Notes: generated by a model not told the origin, from the sequence alone. Positions 12,064 through 26,207 are shown, counted from the stretch's first letter. The stretch: 64,000 nucleotides of DNA from Eledone cirrhosa (GCA_964016885.1 OZ024740.1:175894001-175958000); one strand, 5' to 3'. Made by a program: numbers and translations.

Positions 12064-15000
12064 TTGCTCCTCACAAGAAATCCAAAGAAAAAAAGAGAAA
12101 CATGGTCAAGGGAAGACAATAAAGAAGTCCTTGAGGCTTTCTACACTGCCATGTACTACCCATCAAATAGATCGAATACAGAACAGACATATATCAACTG
12201 GAAAAAGAAACATCCCGAAAACAAAGGATATATTGACAGTAACAAACTAACCAATATACGAAGAAATATTGTTAAAAAAAGTTACTAACTGATATAGAAA
12301 TTGATCAGATCAAGCTATTAGCACAAAGTCAGCGAAGGGAATATGAAACATGTGTCAGTGAAAACGAAGTAAATTGTAATACTTCGAATCCCAGGGTTGG
12401 GGCGGAATCACTGACAACAGAACAAATTAAAGAAAGGATAAAAAAATTGGAAGGAGTGCAGGCTCAAGAGGAAACTCAAAATGAAAACAATGAGATCGTA
12501 AATGATAAAGAAATGAATCAGAATGAACTTGCCAACTTGAAGGATGAAATTATGATCGAATGGATGAAAATGAAAGAATCTGACATGGGGGCACGAGACA
12601 CCCTCCCTAAGATCCAGAACTCCAAACAGAACCAAAAGATAATACACAAGACTAATATAATTCTCAAAAACATTATCATCACAAACAAACTAAACATTAC
12701 TGATTTAAATCATCTCTATTATGCATCGGCTAAAGTCACCACTCACTTATGTGGAGTGAAAATGAAAAAACAAAGGAATTCCCACAAGAAATCTGCTTGG
12801 CAAGAGAACATCAATCGCCAAATAAACCTTCTCCGATTTGACATAGAAATTTTAACAAACTACAAAGTAGGTGAACATGTTAAACAAACTAAACTTAGAA
12901 AATTGAAAAGAAAATACAGTATAAAATCAACAAGTAACATAGACAGACATGCTGATAGAAATAATCAAGCAAAAAGTGTCGGCCAAAGCTGCTCGTATAA
13001 GGCGCTTTGAAAAACGATCTAGATTATATAAGGACAATAATATGTTTAAAAACAACCAAAGAAACTTCTACAGAAAAATTGGCAAGTCAACAATAACTGC
13101 TAAATCAATACCACCCAAGGAGGAAGTGCAAGAATTCTGGGAAAAGATCTGGGCCGAAGAAAAAGTTCATAATATACATGCCCCATGGATAGACAGAGAC
13201 ATGAAAGATACAGCTCACCTTGAGGAACAAATATGGGAAAATATAACAGTTGAACAGTTGCGTTTGGCTCTTAGCAAAACCAGCAAATGGAAATCCCCAG
13301 GAAAAGACAAAATACAAAATTTTTGGATAAATGCCTTCACAGAGTCTCATGAGCTGTTAGCCCAACTTTACAATGAAATAGTTAAGAAGCCAGAAAAGAT
13401 ACCATCATGGCTTTTATTCTGAAAAGATACCATCACCGCTTTTATTCTGCATCGCACTTATACCATTAAGTAAAATGCTCAATGAAACAAAGCATGGATA
13501 TAAAGTCTATGACAAAACCATTAATCCCTTGTTCTACATGGATGACCTGCAACTATTTGCAAAAAATGATGAACAATTGCAAGGGCTATTATCCACCGTG
13601 GAGCAGTTCAGTGATGACATTAAAATGGAGTTTGGACTAGACAAATGCGCCAAAGCAACGTTCACCAGAGGAAAGCTGCTGAAAAGTTCAGACATTAATC
13701 TTCATCGGGGGAATGTGATAAGAGAACTTGATCAAGAGGAAACTTACAAATATCTAGGTGTTTGTGAAGGAGACAGAATCAAACACTCGACAATGAGGGA
13801 AAGGATAAGGAAGGAATGTTACCGCAGAGTAAGAGCAATCTTAAGAACGGAATTGAATGCAAGGAATAGGATCGATGCCATAAACACGCTTGCCATACCA
13901 GTAGTAAACTACAGTTACAATGTCATCAACTGGTCAAGCACAGAGATCCGTAGGCTCGATACAAAAATTAGAAAATTCTTAACCATGCACAGAATGCAGA
14001 TACAGATAGAATATATCTCCCTAGGAGAAGAGGACGTGGGTTAATCCAGTTAGATATTGCGTTGAAAACTGCAACAATTGGATTATCTACATATCTAAGG
14101 GAATCACATGCTTGGATGATCAAACTCGTTTTGAAACACGAAAGCATCAAAAGATCATACTCCATTACAAAAGATGCACAAAGATACAGTAATGGACTAC
14201 AAATTTCAGAAGTCCCATTTACTGCTGAAATGGAAAACACAGAAAAAGCAAATCAGGTAAAAGTATTGCAAAGAAAGAACTGCTACAGAAACTGGCTAAG
14301 AAATGGCAAGAAAATCCTCTGTATGGAAAATACCCAGAAAGAGCTAACAATCCTGATGTTGACAAAACTTTATCCCATCAGTGGTTGGCATCCTCTGGAC
14401 TGAAATCAGAGACTGAAGGACTGATTATATCAGCAAAAGATCAGTGTCTGCCAACAAAAAATTACCAAGCCAACATAATAAAAAATGGATGCAACCCATT
14501 ATGCCGTGTATGTAAAAAACAACCAGAGACCATTGATCATATAATTTCAATGTGCAGTCCTATAGCTCCAACCGAATACCTAAACAGGCATGACAGAGCT
14601 GCACAATACATACATTGGATAATGTGTAAGCATTTTGACCTGCCCCATCAAAAGAATTGGTGGGAGCATCAACCACCTCCCATACTTGAAAAAGATCACA
14701 TCTCAATCTTGTGCAACTTTAGAATCCAAACAGACCGAAAAATAGATGCAAATAAATCTGATATAATACTGAAGGACTTTAAAAAGAGGGTATGCCTGCT
14801 AATTGATATGTCCGTTCCAATAGACAAGAATGTATCTATAAAAACATTTGAAAAATTGAGCAAGTATAAGGACCTGGAGATAGAAATTGGAAAAATGTGG
14901 AAATTGAGAACTAAAACAATACCAGTGGTTGTAGGCGCTCTAGGAATGATACGTAAGAGGTCTAATGATTACTTATCACAAATCCCAGGAAACCAGCGTA

Positions 15001-15211
15001 TAGGAGAAATACAAAAGATAGTACTAATGGGAACTGCCCATATACTAAGGAAGATTCTGTCAATATAAGTACATCACAAGTCTAAACATCTAAAGATGCA
15101 TGTGTGTGTATGTATATTCTTTCTTGAACATGGCGGACCTTGTTGTCTCTTGAGGTCACTGGTTGTGACTTGGTGATAACTCGTATGAACATAAAGCAAG
15201 ACAAATGCAAC

Positions 15212-15212
<1 letters not shown>
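12063..15212 (+). mobile_element. R4/Dong-clade RLE non-LTR retrotransposon, internally deleted and frameshifted
   Basis: N-terminal WSREDNKEVLEAFY, WKSPGKDKIQNFW, LFYMDDL, CRVCKKQPETIDHIISMC knuckle, RHD, KSDIILKD (PD..D-like), KLSKYKDL, PVVVGALG; ends in (TAA)n. Confidence 0.92.
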
Positions 15213-15260
<48 letters not shown>

Positions 15261-15781
15261 TTGGTTTCTTTATTGGCCACAAGGGGTAACGTGAGGAAAA
15301 ACATTACATACGGCACAGAATGGTACAGGGCGATACAAAGTGGCTTTTGGCCGTGTAAAACAGGTTATAACAAGAAGATAGAAATATCAAAAAAATTCAA
15401 ACAACAAAAAATTCCCCAATAGGGTGGAAACTTCCGAGGGTCACTCGTGGCGAAAACCACACAAAAGATCACGGCCACCCTGACCCCCAGGGCAAGCGCC
15501 CTCTCTCAGTTTTTCACTCCTCAGTCTACAGGCGCATACTCAGAGCCCGTTCACTCGGACCAGACTCGCCACTTTCACCCACCTTTCAACAAACTTATTT
15601 GAAGATAGCACTTGTCTCTCCACCTTTGATTTTCCTTTTCAAGTGAAATTTGAAGAAGTTAATCAGGGATTCGCCGAAGGGGAAAGTGTCCGTCTTCAAT
15701 CCTTTCAACCTTGTCCACCATACAATCTCTTTCACCATGGTCACCAGGCAGATGAAAACTCCCTGCTCTTCCTCCTCCTTA
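15261..15781 (-). mobile_element. Tx1 copy C, 5'-truncated 3' fragment of a third subfamily
   Basis: Encodes QGVFICLVTMVKEIVWWTRLKGLK like the A/B C-termini; distinct 3' UTR ending ccccttgtggccaataaagaaaccaa(tat)n. Confidence 0.88.
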
Positions 15782-15820
<39 letters not shown>

Positions 15821-15821
<1 letters not shown>

Positions 15822-16074
15822 GGATTTGGAACTGCCATGAAGTCAAAGTGATCCCGATTGTCATAGGCGCACTGGGGACTATCTCCAAAGGTTTCCAGGG
15901 ATGGTTAAAGAAAATCGGCCCCTTCACGCTTTTTGGAACGCTTCAAAAGGCATGCTTGCTTGGAACGGCAAGAACCCTCCGATACGTCCTGAATATCTGA
16001 GGCTGCAGGTAGTGGCTTGATATTCAATCCAACGGACTTTCCAGTTAACCAACATCAATGACTGAGATTCAAGG
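15821..16074 (+). mobile_element. 3' fragment of a second R4/Dong-clade family
   Basis: RIWNCHEVKVIPIVIGALG...LQKACLLGTARTLRYVLNI* followed by a short 3' UTR and (AAT)n. Confidence 0.88.
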
Positions 16075-16401
16075 AATAACAATAACAATAATAATAATAA
16101 TAATAATAATGATTTCTTTATTGGCCACAAGGGCTGACATCAAGAAAAACATCACAGACGGAACAGGACGGTACGATGTGGGTTTTGTGCGTGTAAATAT
16201 TTTTATTATTTATATAAGAAAAAAAAAAAGACATAAAACATATATATATATATAAACAATAAAATGAAAATTGAAACAATGAAAAATTCCCCAATAGGGG
16301 GGAAACCTCCGAGGGTTACTCGTGGCGAAAACCACACAAAAGACCACGGCCACCCTGACTACCAGGGCAAGCGCCCTCTCTCAATTTTTCCATCTCTCAA
16401 A

Positions 16402-19271
16402 CTACAGACGTATATTCAGAGTGGTCCCGTTCACTCGGACCATTCTCGCTACATTCACCCACCTTTCAACAAACTTGCTAGAAAGCAGCACTTGCCTCTC
16501 CACCCTGATTTTCCTCTTCAAGTGAAACTTGAAAAAGTTAATTAGGGATTCGCCGAAGAGGAAAGTGTTTGTCTATAATCCTTTTAACCTTGTCCACCAC
16601 ACAATCTCTTTCGCCATGGCCACCAGGCAGATGAAAACCGCCTGCCCTTCCTCCTCGAAGGAAGACGGCGAGACCATCTGCCCAATGGACTCAGTCGACA
16701 ACCGGATCTGTCCCACACGTGACAGCAACTGTTCGACATAGCTCCACAAGTCAGCAATGCTCGGGCACTGAACGAGTGCGTGCACAACGGTTTCGTCGCT
16801 ATGCGCGCATCTCGGACAGGCTCGGCCGACGGCACTTCCGCGCCTGTAGAGCTTATCTGGAACCGGCAGCGTTCCCCGGTAGCACTGCCAGGCCAGGGAT
16901 TTTTGGAAGTTATCCATAGGCCCCGGGCTGAAAGTTCTCCGGAAGAGAGCAAGCAGCTGATCTTCTTCGACGCCCAGCATCTCTCCGAGAACGTCGTCGC
17001 TCTTCCACTCCACTAGTCCTCTATAGAACGCCGAGGTGGATGTTCCACCGATACTGGTGCCCAACTGGGAGAGGGCAGTGAGCGCCTGGAGACATTCCAG
17101 TTTCCAAGCGCTATCCCTCGGTCTTTTTCTGACCCAGGACTGCAGCTCCGTCAAGGAGACGAACTGTGGGAAAGTGTGCCTGGCGAACGGCGACCACACC
17201 CGTTCACCATCAAGGAAGCACCAGAGATGTCGCTACTCAGCGCATGTTTGCGTATCATCAGCCATGGCATGCCCAGTCCTCCACGCAACGGGTGTTGACA
17301 GCAGATGGATCGTCTGACCATGGGAGCGCGTCCCTTCCACAAAATCCGGAAGAGGAGGCGCTCCATTTTGGTGAGAGTTGGGCTGGAGCAAGGGACAGCG
17401 GTGAGGCGGTAGGAGATGACGGATGCGATGTACGCATTCGACACTTCCGCCCGGCCTTTCAGGGACAGCTTCCTCTCAGCCCATTTCTGGGCGCATGATC
17501 ATGAACGGCTGCGACAGGTGACCGTTCACCCTCACAACTGAGCAGATGTCGCTGTACATTGCTGCGATCCAACCCCTGAAAACGGGCCCGAAACCAGCTG
17601 CCTCGAGGACCGCCGCCAGGTACCGATGGTCGACCCTATCGAATGCTTTGGATTGATCCAAGTTGATCTGCGCCCCACCCTTGCCAGGTTCCTTAACCAC
17701 CCTCTCTATGATGTATCGCATGAGGTGGAGGTTGTCGTGTATGGATCTGTCCGGGATGGCGCATGTCTGCGCATCTCCCACCAGACCCTTGACGACAAGC
17801 GCCAACCTCGTTGCTAACACATTGGCCAAAATCTTGAACTCTGCGTTTAGCAGAGTTATGGGCCTGAAATTATCAATAACATCCCCCTTGTTCGGGTCTT
17901 TTCTCAGCAGGTCCACTGCTTCCCGGCTCACAAAACTGGGAATGCTCCCGTTCTGCTGCCAGTTGCAGTAGATGTCTGCCAAGAGGTCACCGAACAAGTC
18001 TGGCGTAAATGCATAAAGCTCGTAGAGCAGACCATCTAAACCTGGCGATTTACCTCTTGTGCAGTTAGCCATCGCTTCCCGTATTTCACCGGCTGTTATT
18101 GGCTTTTCGCAACACTGTGCTGCGGTCGTCGAGAGCCGAGGCAGTCCGTCGAGGTATGCACTGAAGTCCATGTCCCGATCCGGGCAGCCGCCGCTCCCGA
18201 ACAGTTCAGCAAAGTGCTGCTGAAAAGCTTCACACATCCGCTCGGGTTCGAGCATCACGCACCCGTTTTGGTCAGACAAAGACCGAATTGTGGCTTTATT
18301 GCCACGTCGCGCCTCTGCCACCCGGCCCATTGGACGGCTTTTGTCCCCTCGTGTTTCAGAACACGCGCTCTAGCTCTGACAACGCAGCCTTCGTGTTTTG
18401 CGTTGAAGAATTGGTCGAGTGCCAATCTCGCCGCAAGCACGTCGGTTGCGATGCCTGTCCTAAACGCCTCTTCTAGCTTTCTGACTAGCTCTTCCTCTAC
18501 TCTATTTTCCTCTATCACTACTCCTTTGCTAAACCTAATCGACTCTACTTTAATTGCCCTTTTCAGGGCGAACCACCACCTGTTGTTGACAACCGCTCCC
18601 GTCAACGCCCGCTTAACTAATACGCTAATCCGGTCTCTGTAGGCCTTGCGCGCCGGGAAAGACGCGTTCAGCTTCCAGTAAACAGGCCCTTGTCTATGTC
18701 GATCTCACAGATCACAAATTTGTGGTCTGTGTAGTCGACTATTTTAAATTGTGGACAACTTATACTAGCCTTATCTAGTTCTCTGCAGAATACCCTATCT
18801 AGGTACGATCTGGATGACCCGATGCGGTTTGTCCATGTCCACATTGGTACATTCGGGTGATCCAGTCGATACCTGTTAGACAGTTCAAAACGTCTGAGCA
18901 GGTTGGTGAGGCTGGCCGTCCTGCCCCTGTTGGAGCTTAGACGGCTACTAGCCTGAAAGCATTGCCTTCGTTGCCGGTCACGTCCAGCACCACCGACTTA
19001 CCTTCTGGGTCCCGGAAGATGGCCCGTATCGCGAAATCCAAGACTCTCCGGAAAAGGATGGCAACCGCTCCCCCCGATCCTGGACGCCTGGGAGAGGCGT
19101 ATACATCGTAGCCGCCGAAGATCGGTGCGAAGGCCCGTGCCTCGGAGATTCTGGTTTCACTGATGGCCACCACATCTATGTTTATTGCCTGAGGTCATTG
19201 AGCAGGTGACCCTGCTTCCAAGATGACCGCAGGCCACGTGCATTTATACTGCCTATTCTGAGTACAGCCAT
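16402..19271 (-). pseudogene. Tx1 copy D ORF2 remnant
   Basis: VAISETR, KSPGLDG, NFRPITLLN, DQSKAFDRV, CPRCAHSDETVVHALVQC; YADD segment absent. Confidence 0.9.
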
Positions 19272-19303
19272 GTTGGATGAGAAACGGGGCAAATGAGAAA
19301 GGG

Positions 19304-21128
19304 TCACTTACCTTGTTCGTGTGGTGAAGGGACAGTAGAACCGTCCCTTTCGCTGGTCATGGGTGTTTCCAAGAGGATGTCAGTGTATATCCTCTTGGTA
19401 ACCGTCCCTCTGAAGTCTCCAACTGCGTTGGGGAATTTTTGTTTTAAAAGTTTGTACTGTTCTATTGAGATTTCAATGATGCTTATGTTTGTTGGGAGAG
19501 TTCTTGATGTTGGTGGGGTGTAGTAATTTTTTTCCGTGATGTCTGTGTGCTGCTTTATATATTTTATGAGTTCTTTTTTTGCCATGTTTATGGCTGTGTT
19601 CTTTTTGGGGGGAGGGGTGATTTTGTTGCCGTTATCTTCTTGTTGCTGTTTGGTGTGTGTGTCTTGTTATGTTTGCGTTGTTGGTGTTTGTGGTGGTGTT
19701 GCTGCAAGTTTCCTTGCTGCCTTTACCCCTCTTTGTATGCCTTCGCTTTTGGAGGGTGAATCTAAGTTTTTTTTTGTTTGCCACGTCACCCTCGCCTCAA
19801 ACTCCATGTCGGATTCTATGGCGTCTGGGAGGGGTATGTGCTCCACGGCTGTTGGTGGTAGTAGTGGAGCCCTCTTCGGCAATTTTGTTGCTGGTGTAGC
19901 TATTTCAAATGTAACTATTGGTTTTGCCGCTACTGATGATGCTGCTTTAGTTATCCGTGGCCTTGGTACGGATGCTACGGACATTGCCCTCCTACTCACC
20001 GTGGAAGGGGCTTCTTCGTTTGTTGCCTGTCCTGCTCTTCGTCAGTTTGTATAAGCATTTGCATGTCTATACCTGAGTAGTTCTCTCTCCCTATTTTTTC
20101 TACTTGCAGCAAGGTCGCCCTGTTCTCAATTCCAGGAAGGACAGACGCGGCCAGCCAAGGTATGGGCACGTCGGGTGGGACCTGGGTCACTTTGACCCTC
20201 ACAATTTCTGCCCGCAGTAGAAGGGCACCAAGACTAACTCCTCACTCTTTAGGGTTTCCAAAGAGTGAGCCTTTGCTTCCTGGTGGTTGGCGAAAAGTAC
20301 GTCTACTGTGGCGTACTTTCTGCCTCGGGTGATGTGGGTTTTGCGTGCCCAGACGCACCCCAAGGCCTTTTGTATTTGAGCTTCCACTCGATGTGAGATT
20401 TTGCTTACGGTGCGGTAAGTCACCGTTCGTAGCTGCTGGTCCTTGAAAAAATCGGGTGGAGGTTTCAGGGAAACTCTATTTGCGCTTCTTGTCACCATGG
20501 CCCTTGCGACTGCCATCTCCTCCTCTGTGACTAACATTGTCTCGATATTTCGGGCGACACCTGCAAAAGAAGTGGTCCCTTTTTCAGCAGCACCACTATT
20601 GCTGCCGCTACTGGTCTTACTGGTGGTGCTGAGATCGCTATTACAGGTATCGGTGTCATTGTTGTTCTTTTCGCTGGTACAGTTGTTGGTGTTGTTTTCG
20701 TTGATACTGTTGCTGCTGTTACTGTTATTGTGGCTGTTGTTATTATTGTTGTTTTTGTTGATACTGTTCCTACTATTATTGTTGTTGTGGCTGTTGTTAT
20801 TGTCATTGTTATTGTCGTTCTCGACCTTACCGCTGTTATTTTTGTTATTGTTGTTCTCGACCTTACCGCTTTTATTTTTGTTATTGTCGTTCTCGACCTT
20901 ACCGCTGTTATTTTTGGTGTTGTTGCTGGTGATGTTGTTGGTGTTATTGTTGGTGTTGTTTGTGTTAGAAATATTTGGTAATTTTAAATCTGTAACAATC
21001 TTTTTTTCCTTTGTAATATTTTCGTTTATATTTACCTCCGCTGGAACGTTGTCTTGTTGACATGCTGATAAAGTCTCCCTTTCCCTGTGTTGTCTGACAG
21101 CGCTCTCTCCCTTTTTTGTGTTATCCAT
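19304..21128 (-). pseudogene. Tx1 copy D ORF1 remnant
   Basis: ORFs 20199-21143, 19996-20202, 19667-19999, 19304-19585 are homologous to copy A ORF1. Confidence 0.85.
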
Positions 21129-21344
21129 GTTGAAATTTTTCAAAAAATATTTTTACACAAATACGAATACGACACCCCGTAAAGGGGTGCCCTATTATTT
21201 ACTAGTGAACCCCTGTATTAGGTGGGTCACTTCTAAACGTTTATCAAATTTAAATCTTGAATAAAAGGTTTAGAACGGTTGAAAAAGAGGTAAAACGTTG
21301 AAAAAGACTGGAGGCGATAAGAAGCGTGGCTTCACCAACCAATG

Positions 21345-21400
<56 letters not shown>

Positions 21401-21412
21401 TATAATAATAAT

Positions 21413-21590
21413 GGTTTCGAATTTAGGCACAAGGCCAGCAATTTTGCGGGAGGGATAATTCGATTAAATCCACCCAACTGCATTACTTGTACTTTATTTT
21501 ATCGACCCCGAAAGGATGAAAGGCAAAGCTAACCTCGGCCATAACTCTATGCCGCTAAGCATGTTGTCCCACGCTCTACTCTCCAAAACA
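21413..21590 (-). mobile_element. SINE (same superfamily) whose tail abuts the last (AAT)n tract
   Basis: ggcacaaggccagcaatttt...tttatcgaccccgaaaggatgaaaggcaaagctaacctcggc. Confidence 0.85.
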
Positions 21591-21597
21591 TTGCAAG

Positions 21598-22570
21598 ATT
21601 GTGTTTTATACCTGAATGTTTGTTTGAAGGCAGCATAATCTTGATCAAGAAGGACCCAGCAAGAGGGAGAGAAATAGGGAACTATAGGCCCATAACATGC
21701 CTGAATCTTATGTGGAAGCTATCAGGTACAGCACGCATCCTTCATATGATGGACGAAAGAAGAAACCCAAGCGTTGGATAGGGAGTCAAGGAAAATATTG
21801 GTGGAAGGTGGTGCTTTACACCTAAATCAGAAATTTTAAGATTGTACATTGGAAGAAAAAGTGGAGGAAGTGGCCTTATTGGGGTTAAGGAAGACTGTAG
21901 ATCAGAGGTAAAAAGCTTACATTACTAGTTGGCATATATTGATGAGGTACTGTTGGAAACCATAGCACGAGAAGAAGGTCTATCAAAAGATAATATTGAA
22001 AACAAGGAAAATAACAACAAAATAAAAATGATGGGAAATAAAAAAAACAAGAATTGTGCAGACGAAAAACGCTGCTTGGCCGGTTTGAAAGAATAGAAGA
22101 AAGAATCCCGTGAGTCATAGAACTGGTTATGAATAGGAAACTTGAAATGGTAAACAGAAAGTTTACTATTAGCAGCTCAATAACAAGCTCTAGATAGAAA
22201 TACAGGAAAGAGAGGAATTTACAAAATGGAATGTATGTTGTTTAGGATTCACGAAGAGAATATGGTGCATATTGTCAGCTGCAAAACATTAGCAGAAACA
22301 GAAAACAAAAGAAGGCATAGCAAGGTTTGTGCTAATCTGCACTGGGTTTTGTACAAGAAGTATGGCATTGGTGTTGTTGAAAAATAGTACTAACACAAAC
22401 CAGAATCTATGGTAGAAAAACAAGGTGTTAAGATATTGTGGGACATGAGCATTCAAGCGAAAAGAGTGATTAAACACGACTACTTGAAAAAAACTCTACA
22501 TAAAGTACGAAATTAGTACTCTTCAGAAATCCGTGCTTTTAGGGTCAGCACATATTCTTCGAGAATTTCC
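21598..22570 (+). pseudogene. Old, decayed R4/Dong-clade remnant
   Basis: LIKKDPARGREIGNYRPITCLNLMWKL; later RLYIGRKSGGSGL, MVHIVS, LHWVLYKKYGI, KILWDMSIQ, LQKSVLLGSAHILR in broken frames. Confidence 0.75.
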
Positions 22571-23047
22571 GGCTATGTTTTGTTTTAACTGTTCTCTCGT
22601 GAGGTGGAAAATAAGGTGAGTGTAATTCGCAGTGTGAAATATCGTGCTTTATTAAGAAAAAAGACAATATATGTGTTTTAAATAACGAAAACAAGAAACT
22701 TACAGGAGTAGAAGCGATACACGTCTGAAGTAAACAACAATAATAATAATAGTAATAGTAATAATAATAACAATAGTGTAGTTGGCGGTGTTCGTATTTG
22801 TGCGCGAGGTGTCTACATACAATGATATTTATAGTTGAGACAGCAGTTAAGATAAAATTACACTTGACTTATTGGAATTAATCAGGTAATATTTGATGCT
22901 ATTGTTGTTATTGATGTTTTCGTCGAATTTAGTGTTGTTGCTATTGTTTTCATCGTTGATATTTTTGTTGCTGTTGTTAATCTTAGTTTTCTTCATCTCA
23001 TTTGAAGTTGTTGTTTTTTTTATCGTTGTTTCTTTTATAATTGCAAT

Positions 23048-23086
<39 letters not shown>

Positions 23087-23262
23087 TATATTTATTTATT
23101 TATTCATTTGTTTGTTTATTTATTTACTGATACTAGTCTGAAAAAATACAAATGAAAGACTATTATTTCTGTCGCCATAATAGTTAGCAGAAAATATTTT
23201 TGGATCTTTTACGATAAGTATCGTTATACGAATGTTCAACCTATGTGTGTGTGGCTCTCCTG

Positions 23263-23396
<134 letters not shown>

Positions 23397-23589
23397 AGTA
23401 CAAGAAGCGAAGAAAACCGAATGAGAAAGATTTCGAATAGTCTATCATTAAATATACTCGATATTGATTGTTTAGACGGTGATTATCATTGTTAAAGCAA
23501 CCTTTCGATTACGACCTTCCGTTTCTTGGCATTCTGAGTTCAAATACAGCCCAGGTCGATTTTCGCTTCATGATTTCAAGGCTGATAAA

Positions 23590-24337
23590 TAAGTTCTTTT
23601 TCTAGATCCCCAAGCATGACCAGCCGAGCTCAAGGATGTTATCCAACCATCTTGCTCGGGGTCTAACAATGGGTCTCCTGCCAGTTGGTTTTGCCAGTAA
23701 AATCTGTCCAGCGATTCTTTTCTGAGACATACTAACCACATGGCCATACTATCGAAGCTGTGATCTTTCAATTCGAAGAAGTAGCAGCTCTACTTGGAGC
23801 GACGCTACGCACTCTATGAAGTAGACCCTTCGAGAGGACCACATTTCGGCCGTTTCTATTCGCGATCGTATTCGTTAGGTCATTATCCAAAATTCCTGAC
23901 CATAGGTAAGGGTTGGCAGGAATACCGAATTGAACTATAGCGAGCTTGGCTTTCAAACCTACTTTATTTACCGAATGCTGAAGCTGTTGCAATGCTTGTA
24001 TTTAATTCAACCGCCTGCCTTCTATCACTCATGAACACGGCCTGAGATACTTGAACACCTCCACCTGCTTCAGTGTAGTTCCACTGCACAGTCTTCCTTG
24101 AGAGGACGAGTGTCTCCGAATTCGCAGCACTGATTTTCATTCCAGCCATGCAGCACTCGGCAGCAAACCTATCAAGTACATGTCGATCACCTTCTGACGG
24201 GTTAAGTAATACGATGTCGTCTGAAAATTGCTGACGACTGATCCTACACTCGTCAGTCATGATACCCCTTCCTACTCGGCTGCGCATGTAAATCCTGTTC
24301 ATGAATATAATGAACAGGAGAGGTGACAATACGCACG
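23590..24337 (-). pseudogene. RTE-clade (Rex3/Expander-like) LINE RT remnant
   Basis: LSPLLFIIFMNRI...QFSDDIVLL...LDRFAAECCMAGMKISAANSETLVLSRK. Confidence 0.8.
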
Positions 24338-25329
24338 GGAATATCTTCTCCCCAACGGCCTTTCAACATTTGAACCACCTCCGACTCTCATTTAGCAGAA
24401 CAGCTCTGCCCAGAATGTTTTCATGAAAATTTCCCCACTTATTGTCTCTTGACAGTCAACCCCATCTCTCTCTCACACACATACATTCTTTCTTTCACTT
24501 TCTTTTTTCATTTACTAGCATCCGTCTGTCTCAAGAATCAATGGTGTTTGCACCACTGCTCAGTCAGGATTTTGGCTGTAGCATTTGACGTGTCTGTGCA
24601 GCCAATCCCGGAGAGGCATACTCTGTTATTTCTGTCACCATCAGTGTAGAGTGGAAGAATAGAAGCAGACAAGAGCATATAAATCTCATTTCCGTTGAAC
24701 CCATAAATAAAAAACGAATAATTGAGCAATCATTAAAGAAATGGGTATTCACCGGAGAGGAACACATTTTAAGAAACTAATATGTCTTGCATTAAATAAT
24801 ACAATTAGTAAGACATGTCATCAGAAAGACTTTTGTCGCCGTCTAAAAGTCGCGACTAAGTATCTGAAAGAAGTATCTGAAAATATTATGGTTTCTGTTT
24901 TAGCACATACTAGCAGAATGGCCCGGCGTTGCTCGGGATTCTAAACATAGATTGGCATGTTTATCCCTCCTTTCTGAAACATTACAGAGAAATACGGAAT
25001 ACCTCGGCCTTGCGACCGTCGAATAGCAGATTCCATTGACGATTCGTTTGCCCACCTTGTTCTTTTTCTTGCCGCTTTCGCAGTATTTCGGCCAATGGAG
25101 TATCTCTTCCTTCGAGGCATGAGCTAAAAGCAGGACGACGTACACTAAGACTAACTGGTAGAGTAAGGAGTAAAATCGTCAGTGATGCATGTGATTTCCG
25201 AACCGTTGACTATGTAATTGCTGGCCTTGTGCCAAAAGTAGAGGGACTTTTTGTGTTTTCGTGAAATAAATACGTTTGTTTATATTTTGTTTTTGTGTAT
25301 GCAAAAATATCTGTACACGAATATATAAT

Positions 25330-25603
<274 letters not shown>

Positions 25604-26111
25604 AAAATGGGGAGAAAAATACTGCTGGTAGCACATGGATAACATGTAATAAAATAAGTCCCTCATCAGTGATTTGCTGACGATCATAGATATTTCATTG
25701 CATTAGAAATCACATACCTCACGTCGGTGCAATAATAACTAAATTAAGTTATTAGGACAATTAAAACGCGTAAAGCGAGTGAGACAGGAAAACAACAAAG
25801 AGTAGAGCTAACCGTAGAAGGAAGGAGACAAGCTTCATAGTTATTCTGTTAGTATAAGCTAGGTGAATATATGAGCGCTTAGAAAAAAGACCTTTCGCGA
25901 ACGAATGCAATGTGAGAAAGAGAGAAATTGCTTTCGTTGCGAACGGGGTGAAGTGAGGAGAGGAGAAACAGTGAGTGAGTGGAAGTGTGAGGAAGAATTA
26001 ACTGACATGACAGAGTGGGCGAAAGAAAGTAGGAGAAACAGAGAGAATGAGGGAGCAGTAAGAGAGAGAGAGAGAGAGAAAAACACAGAGTCGCAGTTTA
26101 GGTAAATATAT

Positions 26112-26207
<96 letters not shown>

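Larger units (their letters stand above)
16111..21340 (-). mobile_element. Tx1 copy D (same subfamily as A), both termini present, several internal deletions
   Basis: Highly similar to A throughout; deletions at ~17490 (removes QG..YADD region), ~18912 (endonuclease) and ~20040 (zinc knuckle). Confidence 0.92.

Noticed and set aside
85-21340. Copies A and D as LTRs or a segmental duplication
   Set aside because: Each has its own non-LTR termini and different deletions, and their neighbours differ; better explained as independent insertions.
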